The notes under the pieces: generated by a model
Seen by the model: the letters and a program-made list of their open reading frames with translations, nothing else
Told to the model about the DNA's origin: nothing
Database searches by the model: none
Shown here: piece after piece, positions 25,492-37,942 of the stretch
How positions within the stretch are numbered: the stretch's first letter is position 1
Layout: each line of letters starts with the position of its first letter
NCBI GenBank assembly: GCA_010093995.1
Contig: ML992502.1
Coordinates: forward strand, 635,717-699,716
Source: Elsinoe ampelina
Taxonomy: Eukaryota
Direction: 5' to 3'
Length of the DNA: 64,000 nt
Position numbers and translations under genes: made by a program

Positions 25492-26336
25492 ATGGATGGC
25501 AACCATGACTCTCTGCCGCCCAATCTGGCAGATATCTTGTCGACATTGTCAAGATTCGCAGCACCAGCAGACCAGATACAGCAACAACAGAGTTTCCATC
25601 CGCTTGTCGATACCAATGGACATCGACATGATCAATTCAAGGAGACCACGAATTTGCGCCCTCAGCCACCGTCAGGCCCGGTTATTGACCCTGCTACCAT
25701 CACCGAGTGGTCTACTGGCTTAAGGTGTGTCAGCAAAATCGCCACTCAAAACCCAAATTTCGCAAATGCCATCAAAAGTGTACACGTCATGTTCCATGAT
25801 GCTCGACTCGCTCTGATTGAAGGTAGATGATTGTGAACCAGCGCAAAAATGAAATGGACTGGTAAGCGGGAAGGCCGCCACACAGCTTTCAATGCTGACG
25901 TGCGGCCAAAGGTACGCGAAACGCCAGGAGTTGAAACGGGAACAAGCTCAGAAGGGTCATAGTGCGACCGAGCTCAGCTCCATCATGTGCGAATCGTTCA
26001 AGAGCTGTTCTGCCGTGGTGCTGATCATGTTGTAGGAAGTCTATTGGAGCATTACCCACTCAGCATTCCCAACAGCCACGGTCGGACGAAGAGATCAAGG
26101 CCGAGCTTGATACATTCGATGCGAAGATATATCGCGCTCAAATGCAAATGGTCGCCGCCATGACTGCAGAGATGAAAGCTCTCGGGGTGCCTTTCTTCGG
26201 CACAGAGACCGATTTGGTCCTACCGGATGACACTGAGCACGTGCAAGACAATGCGACCAAAAGAATCACGGCGACAGAACTGCGAACTCTGCAAAACCGC
26301 ATGATCTCGTACCTGGAAGACATGTACAAAGAATGA
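25492..26336 (+). CDS. DUF2458-like protein, multi-exon
   Basis: IDPATITEWSTGLRCV and ELDTFDAKIYRAQ...MKALGVPFFG...LQNRMISYLED; three short introns between 25780 and 26035. Confidence 0.7.
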
Positions 26337-26565
26337 TGGAAGGTAACTCGCGATGTTACAGTAGGCAGGATCTGCACTGGACGCGTCGCCGTCGCCACCA
26401 TCGACGTGTCAACAAGCTTGAAGACCCACAATGTCGCCTGACAACAGTGGGGTACAATAAACACTTCCCAGAATAAAAATACAGCAAGCCCTCCAACTAC
26501 TTCTGACCATATCACATTAGGAAACGGGAATCGATCTCACCCTTTCGCCACTAAGACTTCATCTG

Positions 26566-27420
26566 ATGCCGACAAGCACAGTCAGCATGCCCGTCATATC
26601 TCCCGCTCGTATCGATACAACTCCTATCCATGATAGCGTCAAGCCACGTGCAGCTCTCATGCATCCAGAAAGCGAGACTCAATACAACATCACGGAACAG
26701 AGGAGGCGCTTGCAGGTCTCCAAGAATCTCATCGCTGTCCTTTTATTCGCGCTTTTGATTTCGGCGACGACAATGAGTTTCTTTGGTGAGCAATTTCTAT
26801 ACAATTTGAGCCTCGGGCGCAATACTGACAGTATGACCAGGAGGCAGGGCAGAAGATTCAAACGAAGCATCCACCGGGATGGACGTCCACCTCAGCCACA
26901 AGCTGATCGCTCGCTATGTCAAGGTCGGTCTATGGTTTCCATTGATGGTCAATCGCTGACGTAGAACCAGCCAGCTATGTCAGCCGTGATTGAAAATTCG
27001 AAATTGACAAGCTTCTCGACCACGACCACTACTTTGCCTCCTCTCACCGTCACGATCACGCTTTCTGAAAATGATAAGCCGACTGTTTCGACTCAGACCT
27101 ATACGAGCATTGCCTTCACCTTGTCACCACTCAATACAACTTCTGAGAGTAAACTTTCCAGTCCGGATAGCGCCACGGGTGGACACAATGCCTCGTCTTT
27201 GTTCACGAGTGCTCCGAACAGCAGTCCGACTATGACCAGCCTTGTCACTGAGTTAGCGAGTAGTCCTTCTCCGACAATGACATCCATGTCAACAACCCCG
27301 TCGAGCTCAGATAGTGGCCAAACGCGTCCCACCATGTCGATCATGACACTGGACAGCGGCGCTGGGAAGAGAGCATTCAATCCTCTCAGTCCAATCTTCG
27401 CGTTGATGCATCGGGCTTGA
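26566..27420 (+). CDS. Orphan membrane protein: N-proximal TM helix and Ser/Thr-rich stalk; two introns
   Basis: LIAVLLFALLISATTMSFF, two GT-AG introns with CTGAC branch sites joining in frame; ends GAGKRAFNPLSPIFALMHRA. Confidence 0.7.
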
Positions 27421-27935
27421 GGATTTGCAAAAGTCCAGCAGATACAGACGAGGATGGCAGTAGAGCAAGGGTGTACACCACAGCAGGGCTGGGGTTCGAG
27501 CGCTCATGTCCGCATTTCCGCGCGGCAAGTGATGTATAAATTTTCATCTGGATTTCTCCCGCGTGTCCCTTGATTCTGCTATGACGGTTCCAGCAATCAT
27601 ATCTTGATATGTGACGCCTGACTGCGGCTATTGATGGACGCTTTGTTTCGAGACAGCTTCCACTGTAGATAGCTCTTTGTTATGCAAGAAGAAAGACGTG
27701 TTTGCTTACAGTCGACATTGAGGACAAAGATTGGTCTCTACAAGGCCTTTGTGGCAGCCTTTTCACAAGGCGCAGCAGCAAACTCACCGTCCATCTTCGT
27801 GAGAGCACTCTTGTCTCACGCAAGGTATAAACATGTCGGCTCCCTCATCTGCAGCTGATCACCAACCTACCCTTCTTCATCCCACATCTCTCACAACCAC
27901 CATCTACCAACATCCTACTTTCATCACCCTACAAC

Positions 27936-28691
27936 ATGTCAGCCCTCCGCCGCATCTTCACCGGCGGGTCTCCTTCCCATCCCCCCCCGTCCTACGAGCT
28001 TCTCGAGGGCGGCGAGGATAACGAGAGCCCCCAGACCCCGGCTGCCTCCCAGGCCCCGGACACGACTCGCAAGGGGATGCCTATCGCGGACATTCTAAGG
28101 TTGATCGTGGTTGTCTTGACCTTTACCGCACTGTCTACCTTTCTCTTGTTTGGTGCGCTCTCGGGTATCATATGCTTGTTTGATGACCCAATGGTAAGTA
28201 CAACCTCGCACCCCTCCCCCCTTCCCTACACAGAATTCCTCGATAACCTCAACAACCCAAGCTGACCTCTTGCGCAGGCATTGATCTACACCCTCACCAA
28301 GAACGCCACGGCCGACACCTTTAATATCACTCCCGAGCAGTTGCAGAGTGTTCGCGATCGGGCAAACCCTACCAAGGATAGCTGGCCTAAAACGACCGTG
28401 GTCATCACCCAAACCCAGCCTTCTGCGACCGAGCCATCCACTACCACCGGCCCCGCTGTTCCGTCCGTCATCACCGTCACCGTCTCCGTCCCCGCTATCC
28501 CAACCACCACCTCCGCTGCCCCTACTCCTGCCATCGAGAAGCGCAAGGGCGGCGGCGGTCGCGGCGGGGGAGCAGGCGGTTCCAGGAGCGGCTCCAAGCC
28601 CGTGCCCGGTGGTGCTGTGGTGGTGTCCGCTGGTCAGAAAAGGGTCGTCAACCCGTTGAGCCCGGTCTTTGAGCTCTTCCGTGGTGTCTAA
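27936..28691 (+). CDS. Orphan membrane protein: N-proximal TM helix and Thr/Pro-rich stalk; one intron
   Basis: LIVVVLTFTALSTFLLFGALSGIICLF, GTAAGT...CTGAC...CAG intron; ends SAGQKRVVNPLSPVFELFRGV. TATA-like TATAAA near 27827. Confidence 0.72.
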
Positions 28692-29802
28692 GAGGTGAGT
28701 GAGGCCCTGAGGGGCGAGGTGGGCCGACATGTAGCGCTTCGTGCGCTTTCTCCTTTGTTCATGGCAGATCGTGGTTGGTCCTTGACGGTCTTTGCTGGGC
28801 TGGAATAGAGAGAGAGAAATATGAGAGATTGAAACTTTGCTCTTTGTCCCCTGGCTGACGTGAATTGCCTGACCATGATGAGTAGATTCCCATTGGCCGA
28901 CACGGCGTTGACGACGTGTGCGCCAGACGTCTATGGTTTCGTACGGAAACCTGGAATGCGTGTACTTGACCCATCACACCACCAACCTGCACCTTAGTCC
29001 TCCCTCCACTTCCTTCCCTCCATCCAGCACACCCCGACCTCTCCCAAGGTCATCTCGAGCCCAGGAGAATGGACTCCCGCCGCCAGTTGATTAATATTCG
29101 ACGGGAGCATATGATCCAGCTGTGGATGATGTGTGCATTCTTCCACGTTGCAGTGACCGCGGTGGTAGTCTGTTTGGTTCTGGCCCGGTCACGAATTGCA
29201 CCTTACCTGACATGAAGCAGTTTGGCGGGTGTGCAGTGTGCCTGTGAGGGTGAAGCTGCGTGGGTTAGTGAGACGGCTTGAGAGGAGACTGTAATAGCGC
29301 TAGACGCTTTTGCCGTGAGTCTAGTGATTTTGGGGACGGTCACGTGACCGTAGATACAGCACTAAAATCCAGCGAGAGTGCTCGAGCTTGGAAATCCTCT
29401 TGAACTTTACGCACAATGAATAGCCTCGGTCACGGGCGTGACACAGAACAAATAGTTTTGAATCGAATCAATCATCATTGACAACCATGTACCTTTCTAC
29501 TGACATTAAGGAAAGTCATGAACCGAACCCCGCGTGGAGAAAGCGGTATGTAACGAGCATGCTATATGCTTCTTCTCCTTCTCATCTTCCTCCATCTCAC
29601 TCAGACATTAGAGCCCGGCTCATGCCTCATTACTATCCTCCCCCTCTCCTCTCCTCTCCGCACCCCATCGATTGATAAATAAAGAAACTTGTTCCAAAGG
29701 AGTGAACTACGCCCAGCCATTCATGCAGCCGTTACGACGCGGGTATATATAACACAATATGTAAGAATCAGACTCTTCATCCCCCACCCTCGCTTGATCA
29801 GC

Positions 29803-32106
29803 TTAGATGAAGTAAGCCCCAAAGACCATAGCGACGGCGACGTAGCCGACTGCGTTCTTGTCGGCGGCACCGGTGTAAGAGACAGGCCTGGTGGCGCTTG
29901 GCGAGCGGCCGGTGGTGTACATGCCTGTGCCGGTAGGGACGCCTGGGACAGGAGTGGTGGCCTTGCCAGTCGGTGTGGCGTTGGGGTTGGGGACGGGCTG
30001 GTAGAGACCGACGGAGGGAGTCTGTCCTGGGCCGGTTGGGGCGGTGGAGAAGCTGACGTAGGGGACGGTGAGGGTGGTGGAGATTGTGGAGTAGACTGGG
30101 GCGGAAGGAGATCCGGATTGGTCGCCGGTGGTGTAGGTCTGGGGGATGGTGACGACGGAGGTGTAGGGGATGGTGGTCACTGGGACGCTGGGGGCTGGGC
30201 CGGAAGGAGCGTTGGCGGTTGTTGGGTAAGGAGCCGGGGCAGAGCCAGATGGGGTCGGGGCGCCAGTGTTGGTTGGGACCTGTTGAGCTGGGCTGGATGG
30301 GACGACGACGGAAGAGGTGGTGATGACGCTGTTGGTGACGATGGTGGAGGATGCTGGGCAGTTGGTGACAGTGGCAGCGCATGAGGTGATGGTGACCTCG
30401 ACAGTGGACTTGTAAGTAACAGTCTTGCCAGGAGTCTCAGGGGTGTCAGGCTCCTCTGGGGAGGCGTCGCACTTGGGCACAGCAGTGACAAGAGCAGAGT
30501 TGTCCTTGACGTAGTCGGCACAGATACCGATGAGGTAGTCGGAAGCCTTCTTCTGCTCGGTGCAGTCATCACCCCAGGAGCCAATGCAGTCCATGACATC
30601 CTCGATGAAGTCCTTGGACTTGCAGTAGCAGCTGGCATCAGCGTTGTTGGAGCAGCCAGACTCCCACATCCAGGTGTTCAAGCAGGATGGAACGATGCCT
30701 GGGCAGCCAGCAGCGGGAGGAGTGGCTGGGGTGCTGGGAGCTGGTGCAGGGGAGGTAGGAGCGTAGCTTGGGCCAGATGATGGGCCAGTCGGTGCATCAG
30801 CAGTGGAGGAGCTGGCAGGGACGCTTGGGTACTGGCCGACGGGCTTGGATGGTGATGGGTAAGGAGCCGGGACGCTACTGGAAGAACCGGAGGGAGCGTT
30901 GGCAGTGGTAGTAGAGCTTGGGACAGCGGGGGAGGTGGATGGGGCGTTGGCAGTGGTCGAGGTGGCTGGAGCAGAGCTGCTTGGGACGTAGCTGCTGGGA
31001 CCGCTTGATGCAGCTGGGGTAGATGGCGAAGGGTATGGGACCGGAACGCCAGTCGATGGGCCAGAAGGAGCGTTGGCAGTGCTTGAGCTGGCAGGTGCAG
31101 AGCTGCTTGGAACATAGCTGCTTGGTGTACCGGGAGCGGCGGGAGTAGACGACGATGGATAAGGGACGGGCACACCGGTTGAGGGACCAGAAGGAGCATT
31201 GGCGGTGGAGCTTGAAGGAGCTGGCAGGCTGGTGCTTGGGTACTGGCCAACAGGTGGCGAGGCAGGCGAGGTATAAGAGCTGCTTGGAACAGCGCTGGAC
31301 GGGACTGGCACAGTCGACAGGGTAGAGCTGGCAGGGCTGCTTGGGCTGCTGGGGATTGGCACGTAGGTGTTGGTCGGGGTTCCCTGGCTGGGAGTGTAAC
31401 CAGTAGGGGTGCCGACTGGGACGCTGGAAGTGGTGACATCGTTGGCGGTAGTGCTTGAGACAACTGGCGTGGTGGATGGCACATCAGCTGTGGATGGCTT
31501 GTAGGAAGTGGGAGTCTTCTTAGGAACGTCCTTCTCCTTGGACTTGCAGTCAAAGCCGATGCTGTGGATGTTGAGACCGCACTTCTTGCCACCAGACTTC
31601 TTGGGAAGCTGGAAGCTGACGTTGGTAGCACCACCGCACTGCTTGTTGGTGTAGTCGGTACCGCTGGTCTTGCAGCTGATGGTCTGCTTGCACTTTTTGC
31701 CGTCAGGCATGTCGAAGTGAGCCTCAACGTCAGTGTCGTAATCGACAGAGAGCTTCATGCCGCTGACGGAGAAACCCTTGCTGTAGCCACCGAAAGAAGG
31801 ACCGCTACCAGAGTCAACGGTACCAGAGATACACTTGCTACCTCCGAACGTCTTCTTGCCGAGACCGAAAGTGCGCTTGGTGAAGGGGCTCTTCTTGCAC
31901 TTGAAGCCAGAGAACTTGTTTCCACCATAATCGCCAACGTCAGAGTCTGGGTTGAGGTCCTCAAAATCGTAGCCACCCTTTTGCTTGTCGTCACACTGGT
32001 TGTCCCTGTTGGATGGCGAAGAGTAGCTCTCGGCATCGAGGTTCCAGAATGTGGCAGTGGCCTGGGAGGTGAGGACTGCCACAACGGCAGTGGTGGTGAA
32101 ACGCAT
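29803..32106 (-). CDS. GPI-anchored CFEM-domain adhesin-like cell-wall protein (Mad1-like)
   Basis: Signal peptide, Cys-rich N-domain, Ser/Thr/Pro repeats, CFEM-type CPGIVPSCLNTW...CSNNADASCYC...DCIGSW...GIC, hydrophobic C-terminus after YTGAA. Confidence 0.88.
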   Translation of the reverse strand: MRFTTTAVVAVLTSQATATFWNLDAESYSSPSNRDNQCDDKQKGGYDFEDLNPDSDVGDYGGNKFSGFKCKKSPFTKRTFGLGKKTFGGSKCISGTVDSGSGPSFGGYSKGFSVSGMKLSVDYDTDVEAHFDMPDGKKCKQTISCKTSGTDYTNKQCGGATNVSFQLPKKSGGKKCGLNIHSIGFDCKSKEKDVPKKTPTSYKPSTADVPSTTPVVSSTTANDVTTSSVPVGTPTGYTPSQGTPTNTYVPIPSSPSSPASSTLSTVPVPSSAVPSSSYTSPASPPVGQYPSTSLPAPSSSTANAPSGPSTGVPVPYPSSSTPAAPGTPSSYVPSSSAPASSSTANAPSGPSTGVPVPYPSPSTPAASSGPSSYVPSSSAPATSTTANAPSTSPAVPSSTTTANAPSGSSSSVPAPYPSPSKPVGQYPSVPASSSTADAPTGPSSGPSYAPTSPAPAPSTPATPPAAGCPGIVPSCLNTWMWESGCSNNADASCYCKSKDFIEDVMDCIGSWGDDCTEQKKASDYLIGICADYVKDNSALVTAVPKCDASPEEPDTPETPGKTVTYKSTVEVTITSCAATVTNCPASSTIVTNSVITTSSVVVPSSPAQQVPTNTGAPTPSGSAPAPYPTTANAPSGPAPSVPVTTIPYTSVVTIPQTYTTGDQSGSPSAPVYSTISTTLTVPYVSFSTAPTGPGQTPSVGLYQPVPNPNATPTGKATTPVPGVPTGTGMYTTGRSPSATRPVSYTGAADKNAVGYVAVAMVFGAYFI

Positions 32107-33787
32107 TTTGAATTACTGTAGTTACTCTATTACCAGTAAAGAGTTGACAGTCAGTGAGTGTGGGTGAGTAGAGGATAGCGAGTGAACTCTAGCTCAGTGG
32201 TATGATATTAAGTAGTAGTAAAGGAAACCCAAAAACAAAGAGACCTGATGTCTACCCGAGAATGCGAAGGTGTCTGGGAAGAGAGAAGGGGATGTGTGGG
32301 CATGAGGGTGTTATACTTGTATCACCTGTGAGGGTACATGCAGGTACATTGGCGGTACGGAGGGCGTGAAACACCGTAGGCATGGCTCGCCTACCTAATC
32401 GAGCATTGTGGAGGTCAATAGGCGTAGTTGAGGATACCACGGGTTGGAGAGGGCCGTGGTGAGGGTCGTGCGTTTGCGCATGTGCAGTCGGGCTGTGTGA
32501 AAGTGACACGAGTTGAAGTCAAGACGTCCAGAGCTAATGCAGGCACGGCCTCTCGTTGGTCCATGGGCTGGTGTTTCACATTTTCCTTACAGCGCATCGC
32601 TCGGTCCCGGGCAGGCTTTTCTGGCTTTCCTGGCGTTGATGAAGCTTTTTCGTCTCCGTGGGCGGTAGGCTGAATTTTGCGTGAGAGAGGACGGGAGTGC
32701 CTGGCTAATCCTCGATTGGGCCATGGCTCCCGGTCGATCATGACTCTGGTGGACCAATCATCGCGTGTGGAGGCTGCCTCGCGCTTCGGCAACACAAATT
32801 GCAGGGAAATGAGGATTTTCCTTCTCCACGAGTCTCACCAAGAACTGCCGTTGATGATGCACTTTCATCAGGTTCATCCTCGTGGGAAGCGGAGAATTCA
32901 ACCCGACGCTTACAGACTAAAAAGCCCCATGGCGCTGTCTAGGCTTTTCCCCTGAAGCGTGTTGAGCCGTACTCGGATGCTCGATCGATCATGGAAGCTT
33001 CGGTGCCTGACGATCACTTTTGGAGCTCGGCTGGATATCAAAAGAAAAGCACAAACATGGGAGCATTCGACAGCAGCCCTGCAGATGTAGTAGACTGCTG
33101 CATCGTCAGAGGTTGCAAGCTCTCAACGGGCAGCCTTTCTGTCACCATGATTGGTCAAACGGCGGCGGGTGTCTGGCCAAACAAAGCAGAGACACCTGGA
33201 GCAGACGGGAGTCGCGCACAGACGGAGAGGCTCAGGAACAGGAAGGACCTGTGCGACTCCGCTCTACCAAGCCATTTCGATCTGTGTATGGCAAGCGGCT
33301 AATCCATCTCGTATCATGAACAGTGAGGCTGTGTAACTATGGCTGTCAACAGACCAGAGTGGCAGACTATCGAATGGAGCACCAGTGGGATGTGCAACCA
33401 TCACATCGATAGTCTTTGCAGCCCTGTCGATGCCAGGATACGCGATGCTTTTTGGGGACTATGACTGCACAGTATCCATACCATATCGTTCCGCTTCCGG
33501 GCCACCATCACAACGTGCTTGCAGCCGGATGGTCGACTCGTCGACGTCAAGCGATGAGGCCGCAAAAACGTGCATCCCCAACGGGCGAGACTGCAAGGCT
33601 GCACCGGCCAGCGACTGTCAAAGGTGCTCATGCTGCACAGAATCAGGAGTACCCGGCAGAGAGACCAACAAGTTCATGCTCGCATCTCTCTTTCCGTGGT
33701 CGAAGCGAACCCTCGGGGCTCAGGGGGTAAAAACTTGAAACATGGTCGGGTGCGGCAGTGGCTTTTTAACCTTTCTCCGGGCCATTA

Positions 33788-36700
33788 ACGTTCTCCGCGG
33801 GGATACGAGCCACCCCCAGGAAGCGAGCCTACCTCGGCTAATATCCTTAGAACAGATGAACGGCCCGAAGAAGCCAATCGGAGGTGCTAAATTTGCCCTA
33901 ATCCCGTCGCCTAATTAAGTAATTAAAACTTCTATAATCTACCTCTTAATCTTGTACTTTCTTACCTAATACAAACCACTTCGTAATGCTAACAACCGCT
34001 AAAATCCACTATAAAGAGCAAATTATTGCAGCTATCTATAAGTATTAAGCCTTAAAAGGCATAATTTCTATCTATTAGTTTATAAAATACTTCTCTTTAG
34101 TAAAATATAAGACTCTAAGTTACTAGCTAAAGAGTAAGTAAGTATTACACCTCGAGTTACATTAACACTAGCAACGACTTATACCTAGTTAAGAATAAGC
34201 CCTTGTTAGCTTAATCGAGTTTCTAGCTAGTAGAGGCTTTAATCTTAGTAGTTACTAGCTTATAGATTATACTTATTTACTTCTATTATAAACCTTAAAG
34301 TTACTACTAAATACTATCTTTAGGCCTCTTAGTATATACTAGTATAAGCGCTTTTAACAAAGGCACTACAAAATTAATATAGTATAGTATCTAGCTATAG
34401 ATATTATTTATTTAGAAGAGATAGAGGACTTTAATAAGATTAGGCACTAGTATAACCTTATTAGAGGCCTATTACAAAATAGTAGACAGCTAGAGCGTAG
34501 AGATACTAGGACTAATTAATCGACTAAGGGCATTATATAACTTAGCCTAACAATTACTTAGTTCTCTATTCTCTCTAGTAGCTTAGCTCTAGAGATTATA
34601 GAGTATATAGGTTAGGAATAGCTAAGCGCTCTATATGTATTATAACTCTCGCTATAGAGTATATAGAGCATATAGAGCACGTAGGTTAGAGTATACGTAT
34701 AGAGGAATAGTTCTTATCTTATATAAGTACTATAGTTAACTTTATCTAGATAGCGAACACTAGTATTACTAAGGCTAGCCTTTATAATACTATCTAATTA
34801 TACTTTATTATCTATAAGACATATTTTCTCTAACTCTTACCTTAGTGCTATACTACTATAGAAGTAGAACTATCTTATTCTTAGCTTAGCTTAGACTACT
34901 AGTGTAGCTTATATTTAGATAGTTTATAATAAGGCCTCTATTAGAAGTACTAAGTTAAGAGTTATAACCTTTATAATATAGACGAAATTAGCTACTATAT
35001 TAGCGTAATAGAGTTAGATTAAATATAGACATAAATATAAGATTAGTATTAAACCTATTTATAGTAGCTAAGCTAGTATAAGTAAGCTACAACAATTAAA
35101 ACAGTTAATGTAGCTAGCTATTAAGTACCTTCTTTCTTTATTCTTAAAGGAGAGGCCCTAATAGAGAATTAGATTAAGGAGCTAATCTAACTACTAGCGC
35201 GCTTCTTATATAAAGAGGCCTCTATTACTACCTTACTAACTAGCTAGTTAAATAATAAGATTACTCTCTACTAGTTAAAAGAGTACTTTAATTCTTATAC
35301 CTAGCTAGTAGATAATAATAGTAAGGCTATAAAGAAGAAGAATCTTAAACATTACTAGAGATTACTTATCCTTAATAGTTATTACTTACACCTTATAGCC
35401 GAATTTATCTAGCTAGCCTATAAGTACTATATTATTCTTGCTAAGCTACTACCTTATACCTCTTACTTTCTTTAGCCTCTTAATATTTTAATCTTCTTAT
35501 AACTAAAGTATAACTATTAAGAGATAATCTATAATATTACATATAAGAGAATTAATTAAATTAATAAGTACTACTTCCTCGAGACTTACGCTACTATACG
35601 TAATAAAGTATTTAAAGAGCTTAAGTAAATAATAGCCTTTAGAGTAACTAGATTAATACCTCTCGATTTAGAGGTTATAATTGTACAAATTTAATATTAA
35701 TCTATATAGCCTTTATAATTCTTATAATTCTTATAATTCTTATAATCCTTATAATTCTTAACTCCTTAAGAAGTTACTTCTCTACTGCCTTTAACACTCT
35801 CTTACTAATTCTCTAACTCTTTACTAACTAGTAATACCTCTATTAAAACTAACTAGTAGTTCTACTAGAAGCTTAATTACCTTACTAAGTAACGTATCGA
35901 TACTTAGTAGCGAGTTATTAGCTACTAATAGAGTGTAATTTAATAACTTTATAAGGCCTTTATCTAAGCTTATAGGGGTAAGAAGATAGAGAGGTAGAGA
36001 GCTATCTTACTTAAGAATTAACTCTATAAAGTTACTTAGCGTACTAAGAAGAAGACCTTATAGAAGAAGTAGAAGGGAAGCTATCCCTCTAGAGAAGTAG
36101 TACTTAGTACTAAAAAGGTTAGTAAGTAGTTAGCTATTAATAAGAAGGTAGTTAATATAGATAAAAAGCATAATAAGGCTTATAAAAGGAGAGTTAAATT
36201 AGCTAAGCAACTTTGTTAATTCACCTCTATAGCCGACTAGTAAACTCTTTAAGCTTAACACTAACACTCTATAAAGAATTACTAAGCTGCTATCTAACAC
36301 CTCTATATAGCTAAGGAAGAGTAAGAGGCTATAAGAGGTTATTAATATATACTAGAGATTAATAGCGTTAAGGTAGATAAGGCTAATACTACTATATAAG
36401 TAATAGAGGAGGTAGTAGAGGAGAAAGAGATTATTATTAAGCACTTAAATAGTTAAGCTAGTTAAGCTAGTTAAGCTAAGATAAGTTCTCTATAGTAAGA
36501 GATTAGAGATAGCTAGAGTTAGCAAATAGTGCTATATAGCTAAAGGACATAAGGAAGCAATTCTACACTATAAAATAGGTTCTTTGGCGCTTTCTAAGGT
36601 CTTAATTATAAGCTAAAAACACTAACTCTAAGCCTTAGCCTTAAGAGCCTCTATACTAACGACATAGATTAAAGGGGTCAACGACAAGCTCGATCGATCA

Positions 36701-36840
36701 AGAAGCTATAAGGTATGCCAAGATATATATCTCTCACTAAAACTGGCTTGTCGGGGTATCTTCGGCCCTATCTCACCGCTTTCCAGCTTCTAAAGGGGGG
36801 CTCGCTTCCTGGGGGTGGCTCGTATCCCCGCGGAGAACGT
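33788..36840 (+). mobile_element. Fot1/pogo (Tc1-mariner superfamily) DNA transposon, RIP-inactivated, with a nested solo LTR
   Basis: Perfect 42-bp TIRs (33788-33829, 36799-36840; ACGTTCTCCGCGGGGATACGAGCC...) flanked by TA. RIP forms of YNMDETG (~34972), RLLILDGH.SH (~35360) and LPPHTSHFLQPLD (~35445). Confidence 0.93.
34470..34931 (+). mobile_element. Solo gypsy LTR (462 bp) with AGGCC target-site duplication
   Basis: AGGCC at 34465-34469 and 34932-34936; termini TATTAC...ATAATA (RIP form of TGTTAC...GTAACA); colinear with 57745-58207. Confidence 0.92.
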
Positions 36841-37942
36841 TATTCCCAAACCTCAGGCCACTACTTTGTCCTTCTTCAACATCCCGGCCGTCATCCCTCG
36901 GTCTTGCATGTACATACAGACCTACACCTTGTCATCAGCCACAGCACATGGTGCGACAAGATGGAAAAAATTCTGCACATCAAGGGAGGGTAAAAAACAA
37001 TCCATCTCAAGGGTCGCTATTCCGACGGGGCCTGATGTGCCCTGCAATACATGTCTGACAGCACAGCCCAGATACAGTGTACAAGTGTCTCTAAAGCAAA
37101 GCACATCTCGCCATGTTATAGAATTGACAATTGACCCTCCTCATCCTCCCTGGTATGTTTGATTATCCTGTCGCAGTCAAAGTAGACCTAGCAAGACATT
37201 CGCGAGCATGACCCTTTTACATTTCAAGATAAGGTTGACAACCAGAAACACGCTCGATAAATGCTTGTCTGACCATGCCGACCGCATCCATGGCCGACCA
37301 TGGGGGCTATTGAAGACCACAGTAATCCTCTATTTTCATCCGAGACAATCCTGCCGGACATCCAGATCAACAAACAACGGGCATCGACAGCTGCCATGTC
37401 AGTGTCTACACCATGTCCGCTCGACTCGACAGGTCTGACGCATGATGAATGATCAAATGCTGTACGGCCTCTGCTTTCAACGTCCTCGCATCTCGCTTGC
37501 TTCATATCCCTCGCTGACTCGTCGTGAATGTCGCAGCGTCACTGCGACAGCAAGCGAGCCCTCTTCCGTCCGAAACGCCGAACATTTCGTATTCCTGTAC
37601 GCACGTGCGCTGTGACCTGCCGTCAAGCTCAGAAGGAGACGGCCATGTGTCGCTGTCACCATCAGCACTCCCTTGACAGCTTCCTGTGATGACAGCGTGT
37701 CAGGAAGTGTACGCATGTCAATGAGTAGGTCCTACCGGTCAGAAGAGCACATGCTTTTCGACTTCTGGCTGTATCGTTGTTCTGTACGATCACAACTCAC
37801 GATGCTCGACGTGATATCAATACCATGCCGAGCATCTTTCCTATTCCTGACGAGTACTCATTATCACTGTCCCTCCACAACCCCAACCATCTTCAACCTC
37901 ACCCTCGTCCCCTCTCCCTCAACCTCCTCCTCATACACCACC

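Noticed and set aside
32200..33780. Short ORFs upstream of the adhesin gene
   Set aside because: No recognisable motifs or consistent exon structure; most likely a long promoter region.
35713..35760. TTATAATTC tandem repeat, and AAGCTAGTT triplet near 36450-36478
   Set aside because: 9-bp repeats inside the RIPed transposase region, probably decayed low-complexity coding repeats.
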